Below are positions 1 through 9,339 of a stretch of DNA of 64,000 bases, piece by piece (position 1 is the first letter of the stretch; every line of letters starts with the position of its first letter). The notes under the pieces were generated by a model, which saw only the letters and a list, made by a program, of their open reading frames with translations, was not told where the DNA came from and did no database searches. Both the position numbers and the translations under genes were made by a program. The stretch comes from Fibrobacteria bacterium (lineage in GTDB: Bacteria; Fibrobacterota; Fibrobacteria; UBA11236). The DNA lies in NCBI GenBank assembly GCA_041746255.1, contig JBGTHM010000083.1:1-64000 (forward strand). The letters are read 5' to 3'.

Positions 1-1609
1 CAGTTTTAAAGTGGCTGTAGGAGGTATTGACTTTTTGTCCGATGGGCGGATGGTCGTGGCCCAATGGTTGCATAAAAGCACTAATGAGGGCAGGATATAC
101 TTGGTGGAAAATCCTTCCGAAGATCCGGCCAAGATGAAAATTACGGAAATTTTCAAGGGGAAAGTCGAAGAAATCCTAGGACTCAGGGTTGTGGACGATG
201 TGATTTATTTTTCTTCGCATGACGGAATTTTTAAGCTCAACAACAATGGGGGGAAATACGAATCGGAACTGATAATGGCTCCGGGCGTACCCGTGGTCCA
301 GAAAAACGGGTCGGCGGCTTTTCCGCGCGTTTACAGCCTGGAATATTACTCCGGAAATTTTTATTACACCGTTTCGGGTTATAAAAACTTCAATATCCCC
401 GACAATGACGGGGTGGTTATGAAAGCTTCATTGGCCACGAAGGAACAGGAAATCGTGGGACGGGGCGTACGCAACGCCAACGGCATGGGTATGACAAAAT
501 CCGGGGAAGTTTTCTTTGCCGATAACCAGGGGGAATGGCGCCCAGCCAATGCGATATACCATGTCCCCAAAGACAAAAGTGTTCATTTCGGTTATCCCAA
601 AGCTTCCCAATCGGATGGTAATACGGGGGGAGCCATGAAACATTTCGCGCCTAGACCTCCCGAATCCGAGGTGCAGAAGCCGGCTATTCAAATCCCCTAC
701 CGGCCGGGTGGCGCATCGCTGACAAATATGCATTATCTGGAGCATACGCCATTTGCAGGGCAATTCCTAGTCGGCGATGTTACCGTGGGAGTGGTGCACC
801 GCACTTATATGGAAAAGGTTAATGGACAGTACCAGGGAGCCTCATTCCAGTTCAGCAGTGTACTGGAAGCGGGAATTCAAGCATTCACCACCGGCCCCGA
901 TGGAACCATTTATGGAGGAGCCTTGGGGCATTCCACTCCCGGATGGAATGTGAGCGGGCGAACGACTGGATTGATGAAATGGAAAATGAACGACAAGCCC
1001 TTGCGGGATATCCAGGCAATACGTTCTAACCGCACAGGATTCGACATCGTATTTACCGAACCATTGGCTCCAGGGGCGGCTGATCCCAAACACTTCTGGG
1101 TCGAGTCCTATTATTATCAACCCACAATAAACTATGGTGGTAATCAATTGGACCCTAAAAAAATGAAGATTACGGAGATAAAGGTGGCGAAAGACCGGAA
1201 AACGGTAGCCATTTCCCTGGAGGGCCTGAAAGCCGATCGCGTCTACCGTTTCGCATTTGCGCCCAGCCTCAAATTTGAAAACGGTACCTCCTTATGGAAT
1301 CCGAATGCCTGGTATAATTTGAATTCAATCAGCCAGGCCGAACCCTTAGTGCCTTTAGCGGTAAGCCCAAGAATTTCCAGTCAATTTCAGCCGGAATGGC
1401 GGTTTGTCAACAATCAATTGACGATATCCCTGAAGAAAAATGAGGTTTACCGAATTAAATTAATCAATATCAGAGGCGAAACGGTTGCCCGGGCGGCGGG
1501 GTCGGGATCGGATTTAATCCGCTTGGCCGTTCCTCGTCAGGGAGTTTACTTGCTTGAAATAGAGGGTAAAAACAAATCGGAGGTTTTGAAGCTGTCGCTA
1601 TTCCAATAA
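1..1609 (+). CDS. Secreted beta-propeller protein (sorbosone/glucose dehydrogenase-like) with T9SS-like CTD; 5' partial
   Basis: Frame is open from the window edge. Motifs GVRNANG, DNQGEW, YQGA and WYNLN are shared with 18319 and 51126. Ends in NIRGETV...GVYLLEI. Confidence 0.7.
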   Translation, partial: SFKVAVGGIDFLSDGRMVVAQWLHKSTNEGRIYLVENPSEDPAKMKITEIFKGKVEEILGLRVVDDVIYFSSHDGIFKLNNNGGKYESELIMAPGVPVVQKNGSAAFPRVYSLEYYSGNFYYTVSGYKNFNIPDNDGVVMKASLATKEQEIVGRGVRNANGMGMTKSGEVFFADNQGEWRPANAIYHVPKDKSVHFGYPKASQSDGNTGGAMKHFAPRPPESEVQKPAIQIPYRPGGASLTNMHYLEHTPFAGQFLVGDVTVGVVHRTYMEKVNGQYQGASFQFSSVLEAGIQAFTTGPDGTIYGGALGHSTPGWNVSGRTTGLMKWKMNDKPLRDIQAIRSNRTGFDIVFTEPLAPGAADPKHFWVESYYYQPTINYGGNQLDPKKMKITEIKVAKDRKTVAISLEGLKADRVYRFAFAPSLKFENGTSLWNPNAWYNLNSISQAEPLVPLAVSPRISSQFQPEWRFVNNQLTISLKKNEVYRIKLINIRGETVARAAGSGSDLIRLAVPRQGVYLLEIEGKNKSEVLKLSLFQ

Positions 1610-1690
1610 GCGGTCCACGGTAGCATAATGCCGGAAAGCGGTTTGGAAGTTGAACCCGCGAAAATGCGTGTTGATAAAGGGAAAATTCAA

Positions 1691-3466
1691 ATGAGTAGAT
1701 ACGGATATCAGAATTCGGATAAAATGGCATGGCGGTTTCCATTATGGATAGCTTTGCCGATTCTGTCCGCGACTCTCGCAGTATCGCAACAAAAGCCTCC
1801 CAACATCGTCATGTTGCTATCCGACGATCATCGCTGGGATATGTTGGGGATTCTGGAGAAGAATATCATCCAGACTCCCAACCTGGACGCCTTGGCCAAA
1901 GAAGGCGTGTTATTCGAAAACGCCTATGTCACCACTTCCATCTGTTGGGCCAGCCGAACTACCTTCGCCACAGGCCATCATCAATCCGTTCACGGTGTCG
2001 GCAAAGGAGGCGGCAATACCGCGATATCTACGGCCCAAGTCGCCCAAACTTACTATGCATTGCTCCGCAAAGCCGGTTATCAGACCGCCATGATCGGCAA
2101 ATATGGGATTAAGGGTTTAAAGGAAAGCGATTTTGATTTCTGGGCCGGCAAGGATGACAGCCTGGGTTATGAAGTATTCGGTGGCAATGGAAAAATCATA
2201 AGTTACCGGGACAATTACTCGGCGGATAAGGCCATCGAGTTTCTGAAAACGACTTCCACTGCCAAGCCCTTCAACCTGAACGTCAGTTTCAAGGCGCCGC
2301 ATGCGCAAGATGGCGACAATCGGGTCTTTATTACTGATCCCGCCTACAATGATTATTACAAAAATGATGTCATCCCTACTCCGGTAACCGCCGACCCCGC
2401 GTTTTTCAGCGCGCAGCCCGGATTCATCCGGAACTCCCTGGGTCGAAGCCGCTGGATGGGGAGGTACAATACGCCTGAATTATTTCAGGATATGGCTAAA
2501 AAACATCATCGCTTGATCACGCAAATGGATGCGGCCGTGGGTAGAATCGTGAAACACCTGAAAGATATGGGCGCCTACGAAAATACCGTCATTTTTTTCG
2601 CGGGCGACAATGGCTTTTTCGTGGGTGAGCGAGGACTGGCCGATAAATGGCTGCCTTATGAACATTCCATCCGGGTACCCCTCATTATCACCGATCCCCG
2701 CCAGCCCATGACTCACCGAGGAGTTCGGCGCAGTCAAATCGCCTTGAACCTGGATGTGGCCCCGACTTTCCTCGAATACGCAGGACTTCCCATTCCCAGC
2801 CACATGCAGGGTACAAGCCTCATACCCTTGATAAAAAATGAGGCGAAAACTTGGCGTAAAGAGTTTTTCTATGAGCACCTCGTTAAAATCGTGCAAAACA
2901 TTCCCAAATCCCGTGCGGTAGTGGGGGAGCGGCACAAGTATATCGTCTATTTCGATCAATCGCCTCCCTATGAGGAGCTTTTCGATTTCATCAACGACCC
3001 TTTCGAAACCAAAAACCTGCTTAAGGACGCGGCGTATAATGCCGTGCTGGACAGCTTGAAAGGTCGCCTGAACGTCCTTCAACCTGCCGCCGAGATCTCG
3101 AAAGCCATGCCGTATCTGACAAAGGCCTTGATCTATGGGTGTATGACCCCGGGCACCAAGGGCTACAATGCTGCGGCCAATGTCCATGTGCAGGAATCCT
3201 GCCAAAGCTCAGCGGCGCTGGAGCGTCCCTGGAGTGCCAAGAAAGTCCTGATATCCGATGCCTCCATAACCATCCCCTATGAGTCTGCGCATACCCTGAG
3301 CATTGCGGATATTACCGGGCGAATCGTTTTCTCAGCCACGGGCGAGGGACGGAAAGAATATTCGTTGTCCGTGCTGCAGAAGGCGGGCGTGTATACGGTT
3401 CAAATCACCAACCCACTGGTTCCCGCCATGCAAATCAAGCGCCTGATTGTGGTACCTTCATCTTGA
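1691..3466 (+). CDS. Secreted Cys-type sulfatase (tandem copy 1) with GCM module and CTD
   Basis: Signal peptide, PNIVMLLSDD, CWASR, IGKY, FKAPH, GDNG, DK. C-terminal DITGRIV...GVYTV. Start chosen at MSRYG; 1723 is an alternative. Confidence 0.9.
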   Translation: MSRYGYQNSDKMAWRFPLWIALPILSATLAVSQQKPPNIVMLLSDDHRWDMLGILEKNIIQTPNLDALAKEGVLFENAYVTTSICWASRTTFATGHHQSVHGVGKGGGNTAISTAQVAQTYYALLRKAGYQTAMIGKYGIKGLKESDFDFWAGKDDSLGYEVFGGNGKIISYRDNYSADKAIEFLKTTSTAKPFNLNVSFKAPHAQDGDNRVFITDPAYNDYYKNDVIPTPVTADPAFFSAQPGFIRNSLGRSRWMGRYNTPELFQDMAKKHHRLITQMDAAVGRIVKHLKDMGAYENTVIFFAGDNGFFVGERGLADKWLPYEHSIRVPLIITDPRQPMTHRGVRRSQIALNLDVAPTFLEYAGLPIPSHMQGTSLIPLIKNEAKTWRKEFFYEHLVKIVQNIPKSRAVVGERHKYIVYFDQSPPYEELFDFINDPFETKNLLKDAAYNAVLDSLKGRLNVLQPAAEISKAMPYLTKALIYGCMTPGTKGYNAAANVHVQESCQSSAALERPWSAKKVLISDASITIPYESAHTLSIADITGRIVFSATGEGRKEYSLSVLQKAGVYTVQITNPLVPAMQIKRLIVVPSS

Positions 3467-3582
3467 GGAGGAAGCTTATGCCACCGCCCCGGGCATTTTC
3501 TCCCAAGTCATTCCGCCGGGAGGATTTTAAAACTCCGGGAAATCGCCAGATTACGTATAAGTTTCCTGGTTTTATGACCCCA

Positions 3583-3600
3583 TGTATTCTTTAAAAAACA
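3583..3600. promoter_or_regulatory. TGT-N12-ACA palindromic box
   Basis: TGTATTCTTTAAAAAACA in the intergenic DNA after sulfatase copy 1. Confidence 0.55.
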
Positions 3601-3769
3601 ATTTATTTGCGTAAAATGACGGATCGCTGACCCCGAGGAAGCGCCCGGCGATACTTTAAATGCAAACCTGGAGGTGCGGGCAATGCCTTTGCAAAAAAGG
3701 CCGGGCATTACCCCAGCAACAACCAGGGCTCCCGCAAGCTGCAAGGCGCCGACAGGTCATTGACCATTA

Positions 3770-4200
3770 TCCTGGATAACCTGGAAAAATTACGTGTATA
3801 AGGCCATCATTGATAATAAAGACAAGTTCCGCAAGGAATATCACTTTCTGGCTCAGAGGGACGATAATTTGCCTGTAAAGCCCCTTGAATTAGAACTTTT
3901 TGATGTCCAGGACGATAAATGGGAGGTCAATGATATTTTCGGCAAACCCGAGGTTTCGCTGGTGCAGAACCAATTGATTCCGGCCCTCAAAGAGTGGGCC
4001 ATCCGGACACATGATAAATACTTCGACCTCGAGAAGCTGAAGTATGACAATCCGGGCTGGCCGTTAAGCCGCTCGCCTCTTACCACTCTCCCAAAATCAA
4101 CTTGCACGGAAGAGCAGTAACCGTTAATCTTGAAGGTAGGTACCGCCTGGAGGTCAGGAATCTTAAAAACGAATATACAGCAGCCCAAAAATTTATTATA
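3770..4200 (+). pseudogene. Remnant of a sulfatase C-terminus plus CTD fragment
   Basis: ORF 3794-4120 contains LELFDVQDDKWEVNDI...LKEW, typical of sulfatase C-termini. GRYRLEVRNLKNEYTAAQKFII follows in another frame and is CTD-like. No catalytic N-terminus. Confidence 0.55.
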
Positions 4201-4221
4201 CGTGACAGAGGAGAAAGTACC

Positions 4222-6000
4222 ATGAAGGCTTCAAGATCGATACGCTTGCAGGAGATGTCCTGGAGGCTGCAATCCTGCGGGGCCTTGCTCCTGGTGCTGA
4301 TCGCTTCGGCCGCTTCCCAGCCAAAGCCGCCGAACATCGTCATGTTGTTATCTGACGATCATCGTTGGGACATGCTGGGGATTCTGGAGAAAAATATCAT
4401 CCAGACCCCCAACCTGGACGCGTTGGCAAAAGAAGGCGTGTTATTCGAAAACGCCTATGTCACCTCTTCCATCTGTTGGGCCAGCCGGACTACCTTCGCT
4501 ACCGGCCACCTTCAAACCATCCACACTGTCGGCAAAGGGGGGGGTAATTCCTCGATAACCCGAGCCCAAGTCGACAAGACCTACTATGCATTGCTCCGGA
4601 ACGCCGGGTATCAAACCGCCATGATGGGCAAATATGGCATCCATGGCGTAACCAAGGCTGATTTCGATTTCTGGGACGGCATGCCGGATGGTTTGACCTA
4701 CGAGGTGTTCGATAATAACAATAAAGTTATCGGTTACCGGGATGATTACCTGGCCAACAAGGCCATTGAGTTCTTGAAAACGACTTCCCCCTCCAAGCCC
4801 TTCAACCTGAACGTCAGCTTCAAAGCCCCGCATGTGCAGGACGGTGACAGCCGCATTTTCATAACGGATCCGGCCTACGACCATTATTATAAAAATGATG
4901 TCATCCCCACTCCGGAAACGGCCGATCCCGCCTTCTTCAACGCACAGCCCAATTTCATCAAGAACTCCCTGAACCGCGGCCGCTGGGGACCCCAGTTTGG
5001 AACGCCTGCGCGATTTCAGGACATGGTCAAAAAGCACCACCGCCTGATTACGCAAATGGATGCGGCCGTGGGTAAAATCGTGAAACAGCTCAAAGCCATG
5101 GGAGCTTATGAAAACACCGTCATCCTTTTCGCGGGTGATAATGGTTATTTCCTGGGGGAGCGTGGTTTGTCGCATAAATGGCTGCCCTATGAACATTCCA
5201 TCCGGGTGCCCCTGATTATCACCGACCCCCGCCAGCCCCTGAGTCAACGGGGAATCCGGAGCCGTCAAATCGCCTTGAATCTAGACGTCGCCCCGACTTT
5301 TCTCGAATACGCCGGTGTTCCCATTCCCGGCCACATGCAGGGAAAAAGCCTCCTGCCATTACTAAAAAATGAGGCGAAGACTTGGCGCCAGGAATTCTTC
5401 TATGAACACCTTGTCCAGCTCACACAGAATATTCCCAAATCCCGTGCCTTAGTGGGCGAGCGATACAAGTACATCACTTATTTTGATCAATCGCCTCCCT
5501 ATGAGGAACTATACGACTTCATCAACGATCCCAATGAAACCAAAAATCTGCTCAAAGATGCGGCATACAAGGCGGTGCTCGATAGCTTGAAAGGCCGTTT
5601 GAACGTGCTGAAATCCGCGGCCGAGGTTTCGGCTCCCATGCCGTTTTTGACGAAGGATTTGGTTTACGGCTGCATGACCCCGGGCGCCAAGGGCTACAAT
5701 GCTGCGGCCAATGTCCATGTCCAGGAATCCTGTCAAAGCCCAGCGGCGCTGGAGCGTCCCTGGAATGCCAAGAAAGTCCTGATATCCGATGCCTCCATAA
5801 CCATCCCCTATGAGTCTGCGCATACCCTGAGCATTGCGGATATTACCGGGCGAATCGTTTTCTCAGCCACGGGCCAGGGACGGAAAGAATACTCGTTGTC
5901 CGTGCTCCAGAAGCCGGGCGTGTATACGGTTCAAATCACCAACCCGATGGTCCCCGCGATGCGACTCAAGCGACTGATTGTTCGAAGCGGTAACAGGTAG
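4222..6000 (+). CDS. Secreted Cys-type sulfatase (tandem copy 2)
   Basis: GAGGAG RBS before ATG 4222; signal peptide; CWASR; close paralog of 1691-3466. Confidence 0.9.
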   Translation: MKASRSIRLQEMSWRLQSCGALLLVLIASAASQPKPPNIVMLLSDDHRWDMLGILEKNIIQTPNLDALAKEGVLFENAYVTSSICWASRTTFATGHLQTIHTVGKGGGNSSITRAQVDKTYYALLRNAGYQTAMMGKYGIHGVTKADFDFWDGMPDGLTYEVFDNNNKVIGYRDDYLANKAIEFLKTTSPSKPFNLNVSFKAPHVQDGDSRIFITDPAYDHYYKNDVIPTPETADPAFFNAQPNFIKNSLNRGRWGPQFGTPARFQDMVKKHHRLITQMDAAVGKIVKQLKAMGAYENTVILFAGDNGYFLGERGLSHKWLPYEHSIRVPLIITDPRQPLSQRGIRSRQIALNLDVAPTFLEYAGVPIPGHMQGKSLLPLLKNEAKTWRQEFFYEHLVQLTQNIPKSRALVGERYKYITYFDQSPPYEELYDFINDPNETKNLLKDAAYKAVLDSLKGRLNVLKSAAEVSAPMPFLTKDLVYGCMTPGAKGYNAAANVHVQESCQSPAALERPWNAKKVLISDASITIPYESAHTLSIADITGRIVFSATGQGRKEYSLSVLQKPGVYTVQITNPMVPAMRLKRLIVRSGNR

Positions 6001-6034
6001 CTCAAAAGTGATTTTTCAGTCTGGAGAAATACAA

Positions 6035-7810
6035 ATGAATGGTTCTAGGCCTACAAATTCCGTGGAATTGGCAAGGTGGGCTCTACCTTGCTTTGCCTTG
6101 ATGCTAATGCTTTTCACAGCCGCAAGTTCGCAGCAAAAGCCGCCCAATATCGTCCTTTTGCTAACGGACGATCATCGCTGGGATATGCTGGGGATTATGA
6201 AAAAAAATGTAATCCAGACTCCCAATCTGGATGCCTTGGCGGAAGAAGGCGTGTTATTCGAAAACGCCTATGTCACAACTTCCATTTGCTGGGGCAGCCG
6301 AACCACCATTGCCACGGGTCATCACACGTCCCGTCATAATGTGGGCAATGAGAGGGGAAATACCGCCATCAGTAAAGAACAAATAGCCCAGACCTATTAT
6401 ACCTTGTTGCGCAAAGGCGGTTATCAAACAGCGATGATGGGTAAATACGGCATCATGGGTTTAAGCAAAGACGACTTCGATTTCTGGGATGGTTTGCCGG
6501 ACAATCTTACCTATGAAGTATTTGATAATAAAGGTAACGTTATCGGTTACCGCGACGATTACCTGGCGAATAAGGCTATCGAGTTTTTAAATACCACTTC
6601 CCCTTCCAAACCATTCAATCTCAATGTCAGTTTCAAAACACCTCATGCGCAGGACGGTGACGACCGTGCTTTTATCCCGGATCCGGCTTATGACGACTAT
6701 TATAAAAATGATATAATCCCCACCCCGGTCACCGCCGATCCGGATTTCTTCAACGCGCAACCCGCTTTTCTCAAAAGATCCCTTAACCGGAGTCGCTGGA
6801 CGCCGAGGTATAAGACACCGGAGCTGTTTCAGGAAATGGTCAAGAAGCACCATCGTCTGATAACGCAAATGGATGCCGCTGTGGGAAAAATCGTGAAACA
6901 CCTTAAAGACAAGGGCCTCTATGAAAATACCGTCATTGTATTCGCGGGTGACAACGGCTTTTTCCTGGGGGAGCGTGGATTCGCCGATAAGTGGCTGCCC
7001 TATGAACATTCCATTCGAATCCCGATGATTATACGCGATCCCAGTTGGACTCAGGATCAACGCGGAATTCGCCGAAGCGAAATCGTATTGAACCTGGACT
7101 TCGCACCAACCTTCTTGGATTATGCCGGTCTCAACATACCCGGCCATATGCAGGGTAAAAGCCTTTTGCCTTTGCTCAACAATGAGGCCAAAGAGTGGCG
7201 AAAGGAGTTCTTTTACGAGCACCTCGCCGTGGTAGGGGGTGGCTATATCCCCCAATCCCGTGCGGTCGTGGGTGAGCGGTATAAGTACATCAACTATTAT
7301 TCCGAAAACCATGAGGAATTTTATGACTTCATCAAGGACCCGGACGAGACCAAGAATTTAATGAATGATTCGGGGCAAAAGACCGTACTGGACGGTTTGA
7401 AGGCCCGTCTCAAGGTCTTGCAGCCCGCCGCTGCGAATGCGGATGATATGCCGTTTCTGATGAAACAACTGGTTTACGGTTGCATGACCCAGGGCGACAA
7501 AGGTTATGATGCTTCAGCCAATGTCCATGTTCCGGGTTCGTGCCAATCCGCATCAGCGATTGCCCGTCCTTGGAATGCGAAGAAAGTATTGATATCCGAC
7601 TTATCCATAACCATCCCTTTTGAAACCACGCATACCTTGAGCATTTCGGATATCACTGGGCGAATCGTTTTCTCAGCCACGGGTGAAGGTCGGAAAGAAT
7701 ACTCGTTGTCGATGCTGCAGAAGGCGGGCGTGTATACGGTTCGGGTTGCCAACCCGCAGGTCCCAGGAATGCAAATCCGGCGTTTGGTAGTCAGGAACGG
7801 CGACAGATAA
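6035..7810 (+). CDS. Secreted Cys-type sulfatase (tandem copy 3)
   Basis: GGAG RBS; signal peptide; CWGSR; paralog of copies 1 and 2. Confidence 0.9.
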   Translation: MNGSRPTNSVELARWALPCFALMLMLFTAASSQQKPPNIVLLLTDDHRWDMLGIMKKNVIQTPNLDALAEEGVLFENAYVTTSICWGSRTTIATGHHTSRHNVGNERGNTAISKEQIAQTYYTLLRKGGYQTAMMGKYGIMGLSKDDFDFWDGLPDNLTYEVFDNKGNVIGYRDDYLANKAIEFLNTTSPSKPFNLNVSFKTPHAQDGDDRAFIPDPAYDDYYKNDIIPTPVTADPDFFNAQPAFLKRSLNRSRWTPRYKTPELFQEMVKKHHRLITQMDAAVGKIVKHLKDKGLYENTVIVFAGDNGFFLGERGFADKWLPYEHSIRIPMIIRDPSWTQDQRGIRRSEIVLNLDFAPTFLDYAGLNIPGHMQGKSLLPLLNNEAKEWRKEFFYEHLAVVGGGYIPQSRAVVGERYKYINYYSENHEEFYDFIKDPDETKNLMNDSGQKTVLDGLKARLKVLQPAAANADDMPFLMKQLVYGCMTQGDKGYDASANVHVPGSCQSASAIARPWNAKKVLISDLSITIPFETTHTLSISDITGRIVFSATGEGRKEYSLSMLQKAGVYTVRVANPQVPGMQIRRLVVRNGDR

Positions 7811-7831
7811 GCTTACCTAGGCGGTAAGCTT
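7809..7831. terminator. Hairpin between convergent genes
   Basis: Perfect inverted repeat AAGCTTACC-TAGGC-GGTAAGCTT. Confidence 0.55.
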
Positions 7832-7857
7832 TCCCCAGGGGTGGGCGCCTCCGCAGC

Positions 7858-9339
7858 TCAGAGCACCAGCCTGAGGGTGGAACCCTTTACCCTAAGCAGG
7901 TAGATGCCCGGAGCGAGACCTTCCGGAATGCGAAATCCACTCCCCATGGGTTTCGTAATATACTGCCGCCCATCGGTTCCAATCAATGTAAGCTCTTTCT
8001 GGGTAGTGCCGGCGAGATAGATTACCCTGTCGCGCACGATGAGGCCGGGTTGCAAACGATTGGCCTCACGCTTGCCAATGGAAGCCACAGGCGGCAGCGA
8101 GGCGATCCAACGGCTGATTACATCATTTGCCACGGTATCTACTTCATAGACGCCAACCGGCGGCATTTGCTCGGGGTTAATGCTATAGGCGTCACCCTCG
8201 GTGGGCGCAATGCGGTTCCGTTGCTTCATGCGATACAGTAACACGGACAGATCGGGATGACCGGGAACGATAAGCGCGGGGTGAACGACCTCTCCGTCAA
8301 TCGTTTTAGAGGGCACGCCGAAAACTCCCACGGCCATGTTGCGAAGATCCATTTCGGGAGATAGGACTCCGTTCCGGATTTTGAAAAAGTCGTAATTGAA
8401 AGCGGCGGCATATTCGGGTGCGTTTACCATCAAGCCCCGGGTGCCATGGCAGCCCGAGCAATTGGATGCGATATAAGCGCGCGCCCTCAGGTCCAGCGTG
8501 GCGGTTTCGTCGGCCACATCCGCCCACTTCGGCCAGGAAGCAATCTCCACGGGTGTAGGCACCGGCTTGCTCCAGCCTAGAATGCCGGCCTGGAAAAGTT
8601 GAGTGATCTGATTGACACTCGGGGTAGAAGCGGCCGGGCGGTTAATCTGCGGAGTGAAAAAGCCAAGCACGGTGCGCCCCTGGAAAGCGGTGTTATACAA
8701 ATCGTATTGCCGGTGACATTGATTACAGGCATAGGGCGAAGGATAACTCCATTTACGGAAAGACTTGTTTCCGTTAATCCATACCGTGAGAGAGGTGTCG
8801 AAGCCGTTTTTCGAAACCAGGAACGCCTCGGACCCGTCCGGATTCCATCGATAACTGAAGGGATGCCAATAATCCACCATTTCCGAGGAGTTGGGATCCT
8901 CCACCTTCTGGTTTACCAATAACCGGGTTTCCCAATAGATGCGGGAAGAGGGATCTCCCGGGATGGTATCATGCTGAAAAAGTTTGACGAAAATGGCGCC
9001 ATCGGGGTAATCGTAATAGTCGTTCTCGGGGTCGAATTGGATTTTCGGAGATCCGGGTTTAAGCAAAACCCAACGGGCTTTGTGTGCATTGTCACTCCAG
9101 AGCGGAGTATTTACGTCAAAGGAAATCGCCTCAGGGGTTACCGTCTTGGCATTCCAATCGGCATAGAACCCGATTTCTGAAAATTTCCTGGGAACCTGCG
9201 AGGTGTCGGAGGGGTCGAAATGATTCCATGCTCCAAGCGTCGGCAAAGGGCAGGACAGCATGGTAAAGGCCAGAGCCAGGGGCATGAGAGATGCGATGTG
9301 GGACATGGGTCTAATCCGTGTGCTTTTCATATTATTCAA
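7858..9339 (-). CDS. SO2930-like diheme c-type cytochrome with CTD
   Basis: PLWSDNAHKAR, ETRLL, CNQCH, RARAYIASNCSGCH, QMPP. Signal peptide and a TDGRQ...PGIYLL tail. Confidence 0.75.
   Translation of the reverse strand: MNNMKSTRIRPMSHIASLMPLALAFTMLSCPLPTLGAWNHFDPSDTSQVPRKFSEIGFYADWNAKTVTPEAISFDVNTPLWSDNAHKARWVLLKPGSPKIQFDPENDYYDYPDGAIFVKLFQHDTIPGDPSSRIYWETRLLVNQKVEDPNSSEMVDYWHPFSYRWNPDGSEAFLVSKNGFDTSLTVWINGNKSFRKWSYPSPYACNQCHRQYDLYNTAFQGRTVLGFFTPQINRPAASTPSVNQITQLFQAGILGWSKPVPTPVEIASWPKWADVADETATLDLRARAYIASNCSGCHGTRGLMVNAPEYAAAFNYDFFKIRNGVLSPEMDLRNMAVGVFGVPSKTIDGEVVHPALIVPGHPDLSVLLYRMKQRNRIAPTEGDAYSINPEQMPPVGVYEVDTVANDVISRWIASLPPVASIGKREANRLQPGLIVRDRVIYLAGTTQKELTLIGTDGRQYITKPMGSGFRIPEGLAPGIYLLRVKGSTLRLVL

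Noticed and set aside
2480..7312. Long antisense ORFs (2480-3205, 4441-5268, 6587-7312) that resemble each other
   Set aside because: They are shadow frames of the paralogous sulfatases, which explains their similarity.
1691..7810. Diversity-generating retroelement or shufflon behind the repeated blocks
   Set aside because: No reverse transcriptase or recombinase is present, and the differences are not adenine-specific.
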